A stretch of 64,000 nt of DNA, taken from contig CM059434.1 of NCBI GenBank assembly GCA_030390025.1, positions 25,792,001-25,856,000 on the forward strand, given 5' to 3'. The DNA is from Squalus acanthias. Taxonomy: Eukaryota. The notes below the pieces were generated by a model, which did no database searches, was not told the DNA's origin, and was given only the letters and a program-made list of their open reading frames with translations. Positions 26,041-37,906 of this stretch are shown here, one piece after another; the stretch's first letter is position 1; each line of letters starts with the position of its first letter. A program made the translations under genes and the position numbers.

Positions 26041-27460
26041 ATACGAATTAGGAGCAAGAGTAAACCACTCGGCCCCTCGAGCCTGCTCCGCCATTCAACG
26101 AGATCATGGCTGATCGGATTACTCCACATTCCTGCCTACCCCCGATAACCTTTCACCCCCTTGCTTATCAAGAATCTATCTACCTCTGCCTTAAAAATAT
26201 TCAAAGACTCTGCTTCCATCGCCCTCTGAGGAAGAGAGTTCCAAAGACACTCAACCCTCTGAGAAGAAATTTCTCATCTCATCTCTGTCTTAAATGGGTG
26301 ACCCCTTATTTTTAAACAGTGACCCCTAGTTCTAGATTCTCCCACAAGAGGAAACATTCTCTCTACATCCACCCTGTCCAGACCCCTCAGGATCGTATAC
26401 GTTTCAATCAAGTCACCTCTTACTCTTCTAAACTCCAGCGGATACAAGCCTAGCCTGTCCAGCCTTTCCTCATAAGACAACCCGCCCATTCCAGGTATTA
26501 GTCTAGTAAACCTTCGCTGAACTGCTTCCAATGCATTTACATCCTTCCTTAAATAAAGGAGACCAATACTGTACACAGTACTCCAGAGATGTGGTCTCAC
26601 CAATGCCCTGTATAACTGAAGCATAACCTCCCTACTTTTGTATTCAATTCCCCTTGCAATAAACAACAAACATTCATTAGCTTTCCCAATTACTTGCTGT
26701 ACCTGCATACTAAACTTTTGCGATTCATGCACTAGGACACCCAGATCCCTCTGCATCTCAGAGCTCTGCAATCTCTCACCATTTAGATATGCTTCTTTTT
26801 TATTCTTCCTGCCAAAATGGACAATTGCACATTTTCCCACATTATACTCCATTTGCCAGATCTTTGCCCACTCACTTAACCTATCTATATCCCTTTGTAG
26901 CCTCCTTATGTCCTCTTCACAATTTACTTTCCTACCTATCTTTGTGTCATCAGCAAATTTAGCAACCATACCTTCGGTCCCTTCATCAAAGTCATTTATA
27001 TAAATTGTAAAAAGTTGAGGCCCCAGCACTGATCCCTGTGGCACACCACTCATTACATCTTGCCAACCAGAAAATGACCCATTTATGCCTACTCTCTGTT
27101 TCCTGTTAGCTAGCCAATCTTCTATCCATGCCAATATGTTACCCCCTACACCATGAGCTTTTATTTTCCGCAATAACCTTTGATGTGGCACCTTATCAAA
27201 TTCCTTCTGGAAATCTAAGTACAGTACATCCACTGGTTCCCCTTTATCCACAGCACGTTACTTCCTCATAGAGCTCCAATAAATTGGTTAAACATGAGTT
27301 CCCCCTCACAAAACCATGTCGACTCTGCCTGATTACCTTGAACCTTTCTAAGTGCCCTGCTATAACGTCTTTAATAATAGCTTCTAACTTCTTACCTATG
27401 ACAGATGTTAAGCTAACTGGCCTGTAGTTTCCCCTGCTTTCTGTCTCCCTCCCTTTTTGA
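26038..27460 (-). mobile_element. 5'-truncated CR1 (325-aa RT ORF remnant)
   Basis: ORF 26274-27251 with [23 protein letters not shown]. Confidence 0.92.
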
Positions 27461-27462
27461 AT

Positions 27463-30290
27463 ATAGAAACATAGAAAAATAGGAGCAGGAGTAGGCCATA
27501 AGGCCCTTCGAGCCTGCTCCGCCATTCAATATGATTATGGCTGATCCTCTATCTCAATACCATATTCCTGCTCTCTCCCCATACCCCTTGATGCCTTTTG
27601 TGTCTAGAAATCTATCTATCTCCTTCTTAAATATATTCAGTGACTTGGACTCCACAGCCTTCTGTGGTAGAGAATTCCACAGGTTCACCACCCTGAGTGA
27701 AGAAATTTCTCCTCATCTCAGTCCTGAATGTCCTACCCGATATCCTGAGACTGTGACCCCTCCTTCTAGACCCCCCAGCCAGGGGAAACATCCTCCCTGC
27801 ATCCAGTCTGTCTAGCCCTGTCAGAATTTTATACGTTTCAATGAGATCCCCCCTCATTCTTCTAAACTCTAGTGAATACAGGCCTAGTCAACCCAATCTC
27901 TCCTCATAAGACAGTCCTGCCATCCCAGGAATCAGTCTGGTGAACCTCCGCTGCACTCCCTCTATGGCAAGTATATCCTGTATTAGGTAAGGAGACCAAA
28001 ACTGCACACAGTACTCCAGGTGTGGTCTCACCAAGGCCCTGTATAACTGTAGTAAGACATCCTTGCTCCTGTACTCAATTCCTCTTGCAATGAAGGCCAA
28101 CATACCATTTGCCTTCCTAACTGCTTGCTGCACCTGCATGTTTGCTTTCAATTACTGGTATACAAGGACACCCAGGTCCCTTTGTACATCAACAGTTCCC
28201 AATCTATCACCATTTAAATAATACTCTGCCTTTCTGTTTTTCCTACCGAAGTGGATAACTTCACATTTATCCACGTTATACTGCATCTGCCATGTATTTG
28301 CCCACTCACTCAACTTGTCTAAATCGCCTTGAAGCCTCTTTGCATCCTCCTCACAACTCACTGTCCCACCTAGTTTTGTGTCGTCAGCAAACTTGGAAAT
28401 ATTACATTTGGTTCCCACATCCAAATCATTGATATATAGTGTGAATAGCTGGGGCCCAAGCTCTGATCCCTGCGGTACCCCACTAGTCACCGCCTGCCAG
28501 CCCGAAAAAGACCCATTTATTCCTACTCTGTTTCCTGTCTGTTAACCAATTTTCAATCCATGCCAGTATATTACCCCCAATCCCATGTGCTTTAATTTTG
28601 CACACTAACCTCTTCTGTGGGACTTTATCAAAGGCCTTCTGAAAATCCAAATACACCACATCCACTGGTTCTCCCATATTCTACCAGTTACATCCTCAAA
28701 AAACTCCAGGAGGTTTGTCAAACACCATTTCCCTTTCATAAATCCATGTTGACTTTGTCTAATCCCGTTGATATTTTCTAAGTGTCCCGTTATCACATCC
28801 TTTATAATAGACTCTAGCATTTTCCCTACTACTGATGTTAGGCTAACCGGTCTGTAGTTCCCCATTTTCTCTCTCCCTCCTTTTTTAAATAGTGGGGTTA
28901 CATTTGCCACCCTCCAATCTACAGAAACTGTTCCATAATCTATAGAATTTTGGAAGATGACAACCAATGCATCCACCATTTCCATGGCTACCTCTTAGTA
29001 CTCTGGGATGCAGATTATCAGGCCCTGGGGATTTATCAGCTTTCAGTCCCATTAATTTCTCCAGCACTATTTTTTTTTTTTACTAATACTAATTTCCTTT
29101 AATTCCTCCTTCTCACTAGACCCTTGGTTCCCTAGCATTTCTGGGAAGTTATTTGTGTCCTCTTCCGTGAAGACAGAACCAAAGTATTTGTTCAATTGCT
29201 CTGCCATTTCCTTGTTCCCCTTATAAATTCTCCCGTTCCTGACTGTAAGGGACCTACATTTGTCTTCACTAATCTTTTTCTTTTTACATACTTGTAGAAA
29301 CTTTTACGTTCCTTGAACGTTTACTCTCATACTCTATTTTTCCACTCTTAATCAATCTCAGTCCTTTTTTGCTGAATTCTAAACTGCTCCCATCTTTAGC
29401 ATTCTAGATTTCTCTCCACCGTGACCCTCCTCCCCCCACCTTATTTAATTTAAAGCCCTATCTACCTCCCTAGTTATTCGATTCGCTAGAACTCTGGTCC
29501 CAGCATGGTTCAGGTGTAGTCCGTCCCAACGGAATAGCTCTCTTTCCCCAGTACTGGAGCTAGTGCCCCACAAATCGAGACCCACTTCTCCCACACCAAT
29601 CTTTGAGCCACACATTAATCTCTCTGATCCTTTTGACCCTATGTCAATTTGCTCGTGGTGCCGGTAATAATCCAGAGATTATGACCTTTGTGGTTCTGCT
29701 TTTTAATTTAGTCCCTAGCTGCTCAAACTCTCAGCAGAACCTCTTTCTTTGTCCTACCTATGTCGTTGGTACCTACGTGGACCACGACAACTGGATCTTC
29801 CCCCTCCCACTCCAAGTTCTTCTCCAGCCTGGAGGAGACGTCCTTTACCCGGGTAGGCAACATAGCCTTCGGGACTCACGCTCCTGGCTGCAGAGAACAG
29901 TGTCTATCCCCCTAACTATACTGTTACCTACTACAACCACCTTCCTTTTTACTCCCCCCCACTTGAACGGCTTCCTGTACCACAGTGCCGAGGTCAATTT
30001 GCTCATCCTCCCCGCAATTGTCCACAAGGGTTGCAAGAACCTCGAATCTATTGAACAAGTGCAGGGACTGAGGCTCCTGTAATACTACCTCCTGGACCCC
30101 CGTACCTGCCTCACTCGCAGTCACACCCTCCTGTCCCTGACCACGTGTCAATTCTAAAGTATTTAATCTAAGGGGGTGTGGCTGCCTCCTGGAGCAAAAA
30201 GGTCCAGGTAACTCACTCCCTCCCTGACGTCTCGTAATGTCTGCAGCTCGGACCCGAAGTTCCTCAAGCCGCAGACACTTACCGCAGATG
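27463..30290 (-). mobile_element. CR1 ORF2 3' part (27463-~29395) joined to a CR1 ORF1 region (~29395-30290)
   Basis: RT ORFs 27888-29067; ORF1 VVVVGNSIVRGID..LCCLPG; the endonuclease region is missing at the join. Confidence 0.88.
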
Positions 30291-30319
30291 ATGCTTGTAA
30301 GCCATAAAAAGGTGGCATA

Positions 30320-30660
30320 AGTGCTAGATGTTTGGATGAAAAGTGCGCGCCTTCAAACCACGAAGGTCCTAGGTTTGATCCAGATTTGTGCTGCATTGGG
30401 TAATCTCAGCCAGAGCAACAGTTGGGGTGCTACAATTGGCATCAGCACCTCTAGGTTGGGAGGGAGGTTAAGGGGAAAAAGCCAATCTGCTAAAGTTCAT
30501 TTTCTCCACCCAATATATCCAGCCATAGTTAATATCCTGGAGATACAGTTAAGGCTGACAAGAAGGTTGCCTCTTTGCAAAGTACTTGAGGTCAACCAAT
30601 CCCCATGGAACCATAACATGGCAAGAAATCAACAGTTTCAAAGGTAGAGGAGAAAACTGG
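30320..30660 (+). mobile_element. Possible old tRNA-derived SINE
   Basis: B-box-like GAAGGTCCTAGGTTTGATCC followed by a GC-richer body; family not identified. Confidence 0.3.
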
Positions 30661-31017
30661 CAATAATGGGGTGGGGAAGAGAAGGGGAAAAAAAAGCACA
30701 TACCGCTAAATAGTGTTACTTTTCAAATGAATATATATTCCAATAGCAAATCAAGCATTTTTTGAAATGGTAGTCAGGGATGAGCAATGACATCTTAAAT
30801 GAAACCATGTAATCTTCCCTTTCAGTACAATGCAAAGATAACTCCAGCCAACCACCTTTATACCTTTACTAGATTACTGGGTTATCAAGGACTTCCATTA
30901 AAAAATCCATAATTAAGATGATTGGGAATGTAAAGCAAGAATGAGTCTTGATACTTATTGCTAAAATTCAATGCTTCTGCAAAGCATCAAACACTAGTTA
31001 AATACAAAATGACCTAC

Positions 31018-31038
31018 CTGCATAGACAGAAGTCAGAA
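31018..31038 (-). CDS. CKAP5: Candidate 21-nt in-frame CKAP5 microexon (N-SDFCLC-S/R) or recursive splice site
   Basis: ttctccaattttcag|TTCTGACTTCTGTCTATGCAG|gtaggt; phase 2-2, no stop codon. Confidence 0.45.
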
Positions 31039-31429
31039 CTGAAAATTGGAGAATTTACAACTTTAATAAAGGACACACTAAGATAGTGGGAAACCAGATG
31101 ACCACTTTTATTCAGTTATATGAATGATGAATAAGAAAAAAAAATATTTCATCATACTTCAAGATGCCTCAGCTCAACAAAACAGAAGCATTCTCCTTGA
31201 TAAGGTCAATGCAATAAAGAGTGCCTGGATTATTCATTCCACCTTGTAATTGTGGACATCTTGTAGTGGCCAGTAAATTCAGTAGCGCCCACCTGACTAG
31301 AAGACAGATCTTGGATCCAGAAGGTGACCTATTTGACACCCACATGGTAGAACAATCACTCCTAACCTTTGTCAATGCTGGAAAGAGAAGCAGTAACTTC
31401 AGATTAAATTCTAGCGACACTTTAAACCG

Positions 31430-33240
31430 TGGATAAGCAGTGGCAAACATTTAAAGGAATATTCCAAATTTTCAACGAATATACATTACATTCAGAAATA
31501 AAAACTCCACGGCAAAAGTGATCCATCCATGGCTAACTAAAGAAGTTAAGGATAGTATTAGATTAAAAGAGGCTTATAATGTTGAAGAATAGTAGTAAGC
31601 CCGAGGATTGGGAGAGCTTTAGAAACCAGCAAAGGATGACAAAAAAAATTAAAAGGGAGACAATAGAATGAGAGTAAACTAGCAAGAAATAAAAACAGAT
31701 TGTAAGAGCTTCATAAAAAAAGAGTAGCAAAAGTAAGCGTTGGCCTCTTAGTGGCTGAGACAGGAAAAATTATAATGGGGCATAAGGAAATAGCAGACTT
31801 TAAACAAATATTTAGTATCTGTCTTCACAGTAGAAGACACAAAAAGCATACCAAAAATAGTGGGGAACCAAGAGGCTAATAAGAGTGAGGAACTTAAAGT
31901 AATTATCAGTAGAGAAAAAGTACGAGAAACTAATGGGATTAAAAGCCGACAAATCCCCTGGAGTGTTGGTCGACATCCTAGGGTTCTAAAAGAGGTGGCT
32001 GCGGAGATATTGGATGCATTGGTTGTGACCTTCCAAAATTCCCTAGATTCTAGAACCTTCTCAGCGGATTGGAAGGTACCAAATGTAACCTTACTATTCA
32101 AGAAAGGAGGGAGCGAGAAAACAGGGAACTACAGGCCAGTTAGTCTGACATCAGTCATCGGGAAAATGCTGGAATCCATTATTAAGGAAGTGGTAACAGG
32201 GCACTTAGAAAATCATATGATTAGGCAGTCAACATGGTTTTATGAAAGGAAATCATGTTTAACAAATTTATTAGAGTTTTGAGGATGTAACTAGCAGGTT
32301 AGATAAAATGGGAAACAGCGGATGTAGTGTATTTGGATTTCCAAAAGGCATGCAATAAGGGGCCACATAAAAGGTTGCTATGCAAGATAAGGACTCATGG
32401 GGTTGGGAGCAATATATTAGCGTGGTAGAGGATTGGTTAACAGACAGAAAATAGAGTAGGGATAAACACATCATTTTCCGGTTGGCAGGCTGTAACTAGA
32501 GGTGTGCCGCAAGGCTCAGTGCTTGGGCCTCAGCTATTTACAATCTATATTAATGACTTAGATGAAAGGGCAGAGTGCAATTTATCCAAGTTTGCTGACG
32601 ATACAAAGCTAGGTGAGAAAGTAAGCTGTGAGGAGGACGCAAAGAGCCTGCAAAGGGATATAGACAGGTTAATGTTTCAGGTCTGACGAAGGGTCACAGA
32701 CCTGAAACGTTAACTCTGTTTTTCTCTCCACAGATGGTGCCTGGCCTGTTGAGTGTTTCCAGCATTTTCTGTTATTTCACTAGATTGATCCCTGGGTTGA
32801 GAGAGTTGTCCTATGAGGAGAGATGAGTCTATACTCTCTGAAGTTTAGAAGAATGAGAGGTGATCTCATTGAAACATAGACGATTCTGAGGGGTATTGAC
32901 AGGATAGATGCCGAGTGGTTGTTTCCCATGGCTGGAGAATTTAGAACTAGGGGGCATAGGCTCAGGATAAGGGGTCGACCATTTAAGACTGAGATGAGGA
33001 GGAATTTCTTCACTCAGAGGGTTGTGAATCTTTGGAATTCTCTACCCCAAAGGCTGTGGATGCTCGGTCACCGAGTATATTCAAGGCTGAGATAGATAGA
33101 TTTTTGAAATCAAGGGACATGGGGATCAGGCGGGAAAGTGGAATGGAGGTCGAAGATCAGCCATGATCTTATTGAATGGCAGAGTAGGCTCGAAAGGCCA
33201 TATGGCCTAGACCTGCTCCTAATTCTTAAGTACTTATGAA
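31430..33240 (+). mobile_element. Decayed 5'-truncated CR1
   Basis: [31 protein letters not shown]; 3' tail. Confidence 0.88.
32668..32778 (+). mobile_element. Solo Penelope pLTR with a minimal hammerhead core, inserted in CR1
   Basis: CTGACGA-AGGGTC-ACA-GACCT-GAAA-CG-TT; downstream sequence matches the pLTR at 15510-15577; preceded by a short inverted copy. Confidence 0.75.
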
Positions 33241-33608
33241 TTTGGATCACATCTGAAGAATTGGAATTGAGAGCTAAACTTTACCATGCAGGCAGCTTTA
33301 AATCCATAGTATCTATGAAGTAAAAAGGGGATAAAAAATCATGTTACATTAAAAACTGATTAATGGAGGGCAACATACAACTATGAATGCCTAATGACAA
33401 AACTGCAGCTGCTTGGAGGCACCTTTGTATGTTTATTCAAGTAGAGAAGGCCACGTAGTTGTTAAAAGCTCTGAAAAGGCCAAATAGCCATTCGATTTTC
33501 CTTATTAGGTTGGCTTTCTGCCCAAGGTACATTGACCTAAAACCACACTCACTTAGTAATCACCCCCATTACTCAGTCTGACTGAAATCATGCAAACAGT
33601 GCTACTTA

Positions 33609-33806
<198 letters not shown>

Positions 33807-34338
33807 CTAGGATTAAAAAGCAGAGATGAAGTCCAAGAAAAAGATCTACAAAAATCAGTTCCATAGCCTTTTCCTTGCCATAAATTTATTACTCGATGTC
33901 TAGAGTATAAATAATCCTATACTTATAAATACAAAATCTGCACGATAATTAGAATAGGCATTGCAAAGAACCTTACGACCAGTACAAATAAACTTGAGGT
34001 TTTGTCAACAATGATGACGACTCAAGTTAAGAGAGTAAAACTCAAAAGCAAAAACTTATAGTAGGAAGGACAGAAATAAATCTTTCTATAGTGAAGAACT
34101 GTATGGAGCAGAGAAGGAAAGAGAAAATTTTGAAGACCTCCATCAGCACTAAATGAAAGCGGTTATGCTCTTCAAAACTATTTGGTCAATTTGATACCAT
34201 TTGAAAGTTGACAAAAAACAAACTGTGGGACTAGACTGTAATGCCCTGCTTGTGCCAGCAGCCAATCATCCAATAAGGGCAATGAAGCAACCTCAGGAAA
34301 AACCCAAATTGTTGCCGATATCTTATCCAATGATCATC

Positions 34339-37300
34339 GGGGGGAGGTTTCAAGAGAGCAAAAAATAAAAATGACAACAGAGAGGGTCATAGACATAGGT
34401 AGCAGTAGGGAAATCACAAATCAGAGCGTGGCAGGAAGGGACAGAGTGTGTGGAGTAAAAGGTAAAGTGGTAAAAAGTGAAAAAGCAGGAACTAAGTGCC
34501 ACAAAGCATATTTGAAAGTTCTCTATCTGAATGCACGTAGCATTCGTAACAAAATAGACGAGTTAATGGCACAAATAACTACATATGGTTATGATATTGT
34601 GGCCATTACAGAAACATGGCTGCAGGGTGACAATGCCTGGGAATTAAACATACCAGGTTATTTAACGATCAGGAAGGAAGGGGAGGTGGGGTGGCTATGT
34701 TAATAAAAGGAAGGAATCACTGTAATACAGAGTAATGATATTGGGTCAAAAAATCATGATAATGAAACAGTTTGGGTGGAGATAAGGAATAATAAGGGGA
34801 AAAAAACACTAGTGGGCGTAGTCTATAGGCCTCCGAACAGTTGCAACTCTGTTGGACGGAGTATCAATCAGGAAATAGTTGAGGCATGTAATAAGGGAAC
34901 ATCTATAATTATGGGGGATTTTAACTATCATATTAATTGGACAAATCAAATGGGGCAGGGCTGCCTTGAGGATGAGTTCATTGAGTGTATTAGGGATGGG
35001 TTTCTTGAGCAGTATGTAACTGAACCGACCAGGGGGCAAGCAACCTTAGATCTGGTCCTGTGTAACGAGACAGGATTAATTAAAAATGTCCTAGTAAAGG
35101 ATCCCCTTGGAATGAGTGACCATAACATGGTTGAATTCCATATTCAATTAGAGGGTGAGAAGGTTGGATCTCAAACAAGCGTGCTAAGCTTGAATAAAGG
35201 AGACTATGAAGGTATGCGAGCAGAATTGAGTAGAGTGGATTGGGAAAATAGATTAAAGGGTAAGACGACACATGATCAGTGGTGTACATTCAAGGAGTTA
35301 TTTTACAACTTCCAAAAAAAATATATTCCACTGAAAAGAAAAGGGTGTAAAAGAAAGGACAGTCATCCGTGGCTAAGTAAAGAAATTAAGGATAGTATTC
35401 GGCTAAAAACAAGGGCATATAAGGTAGCGAAATCTAGTGGGAGGACAGAGGATTGGGAAAACTTTAAAAGGCAGCAAAAAATAACAAAAAGATTGATTAA
35501 GAAAGGGAAGATAGATTATGAAAGTAAATTAGCAAAAAATATAAAAACAGATAGTAAGAGTTTTTATAGTTATATAAAAAGAAAAAGGGTGGCTAAAGTA
35601 AATGTTGGTCCCTTAGAGGATGAGACCGGGAAATTAATGGTGGGAAATATGGAGATGGCAAAAACACTGAATGAATATTTTGTATCAGTCTTTACAGTAG
35701 AGGACACTAAGAATATCCCAACACTGGACAAACAGGGGGCTATAGGGGGAGAGGAGCTAAACACGATCAAAATCACTAAGGAAGTGGTACTCGGTAAAAT
35801 AATGGGACTCAAGGCGGATAAATCACCTGGACCTGATGGCTTACATCCTAGAGTCTTGAAGGAAGTGGCGGTAGGGATTGTAGATGCATTGGTAATAATT
35901 TTTCAAAACTCCCTGGATTCCGCTAAGGTCCCGGCAGACTGGAAAACTGCTAATGTAACACCCTTATTTAAAAAGGGCAGTAGACAGAAGGCTGGTAACT
36001 ATAGACCGGTTAGCCTAACATCTGTGGTAGGTAAAATTTTGGAGTCCATTATTAAGGAAACAGTAACAGGACATTTGGATAATCATAATTTAATAGGACA
36101 AAGTCAGCATGGTTTTACGAAGGGGAAGTCATGTTTGACAAATTTGCTGGAGTTCTTTGAGGAAGTAACATATAGAGTGGATAAAGGGGAACCAGTGGAC
36201 GTAGTGTATTTAGACTTCCAAAAGGCATTTGACAAGGTGCCACACAAAAGATTATTGCTTAAGGTAAAAAATCACGGGATTGGGGGTAATATTCTGGCAT
36301 GGATAGAGGATTGGCTATCTAACAGAAAGCAAAGAGTTGGGATAAATGGTTCATTCTCAGACTGGCAATCAGTAACTAGTGGTGTTCCACAGGGGTCAGT
36401 GCTGGGTCCCCAACTCTTTACAATCTATATTAATGATTTGGAGAAAGGGACCAAGTGTAACATATCAAAATTTGCAGATGATACAAAGATGGGAGGGAAA
36501 GTAGTGAGTGAGGAGGACATAAAAAACCTGCAAGGGGACATAGACAGGCTAAGTAAGTGGGCAGAGAATTGGCAGATGGAATACAACACTGGAAAGTGTG
36601 AGGTGATGCACTTTGGCAGGAAAAATCCTAGAGCAATTTATTATCTTAATGGCAAGAAACTGGAGAGTACTGAAGTGCAAAGGGATCTGGGGGTCCTGGT
36701 GCATGAAACTCAAAAGGTTAGTATGCAGGTGCAGCAAGTGATTAAGAAGGCAAATGGAATGTTGGCTTTCATTGCTAGGGGGATAGAATATAAAAATAGG
36801 GAGGTATTGCTTCAGTTGTACAAGGTATTGGTGAGACCGCACCTGGAATACTGCATACAGTTTTGGTGTCCTTACTTAAGGAAAGACATCCTTGCTCTCG
36901 AGGCAGTGCAAAAAAGGTTCACTCGGTTAATCCCGGGGATGAGGGGGTGGTCATATGAGGAGAGGTTGGGTAGATTGGGACTCTACTCATTGGAGTTCAG
37001 AAGAATGAGAGGCGATCTTATTGAAACATATAAGTTTGTGAAGGGGTTGGATCGGGTGGATGCGGGGAGGATGTTCCCGATGACGGGTGAGACTAGAACT
37101 AGGGGACATAGTCTTAGAATAAGGGGCTGCTCTTTCAAAACTGAGATGAGGAGGAACTACTTCACTCAGGAGGGTGGTAGGTCCATGGAATATGCTGCCA
37201 CAAAAAGCTGTAGAAGCTACATCATTAATTAAATTTAAAACAGAAATAGACAGTTTCCTAGAAGTAAAGGGCATTAAGGGTTACGGGGAGCGGGCAGGAA

Positions 37301-37547
37301 TTTGGACATGAGTCTAGGTTCGGATCGGTCATGGCCCTGTGGGTAGTGGAGCGGGCCCAGGGACCGTGTAGCCTGATTCTGCTCCTATTTCGTGTGTGCA
37401 ATTCTGTTAGATGCAGGAGATGGTTCTGTGACAGATAGTAGATTGGCGGTTAGGATCAGATCAGCCATGATCTTATTGAATGGCGGAGCAGGCTCGAGGG
37501 GCCGATTGGCCTACTCCTGCTCCTATTTCTTATGTTCTTATGTTCTT
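34339..37547 (+). mobile_element. Young CR1 LINE with nearly complete ORF2 (no ORF1)
   Basis: ORF 34371-34703 (YLNARS, AITETW) plus ORF 34776-37232 (818 aa: endonuclease C-half and full RT); (TTCTTATG)n tail. Confidence 0.95.
34776..37232 (+). pseudogene. CR1 ORF2 endonuclease/reverse transcriptase, frameshifted near 34675 and 37170
   Basis: GDFN, LDL, SDH endonuclease motifs; [25 protein letters not shown] motifs. Confidence 0.9.
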
Positions 37548-37873
37548 ATCAGCAATATTTGGCTGCTCCAGTATTAACTAATCAAGTATACAGATACCGG
37601 ATCAGACTTCTGGGTTACAAACTGGACACTTCTACCAAGATTAAATATACCCTAATCAGTTTGGACTGACTTGTGATTCTCAACTGCTCAACACTAAAAA
37701 TATACATTATTCTACGATGATTTGACATCATAAGGTAAAATGTGAATGGAGGTACCATCTTAAAACAAAAATAAGTTATCAACCCATCCAGCATAATCAT
37801 TCCACAGAACAAGTACAAACCATATCATGAATTCTATCCAACCCACTTGAGGTCTAGGGTAAAAGTGCTTCAA

Positions 37874-37906
37874 AGCTTAGTTGGTAGCACTCTTGTCCTG
37901 GGAGTT
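37874..37906 (+). mobile_element. DeuSINE head (A box), separated from its body at 42359-42610
   Basis: GCTTAGTTGGTAGCACTCTTGTCCTGGGAGTT continues as GAGTTCAAAAATTGTGGACTCCAAG..GGCTGACAC at 42359. Confidence 0.55.
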
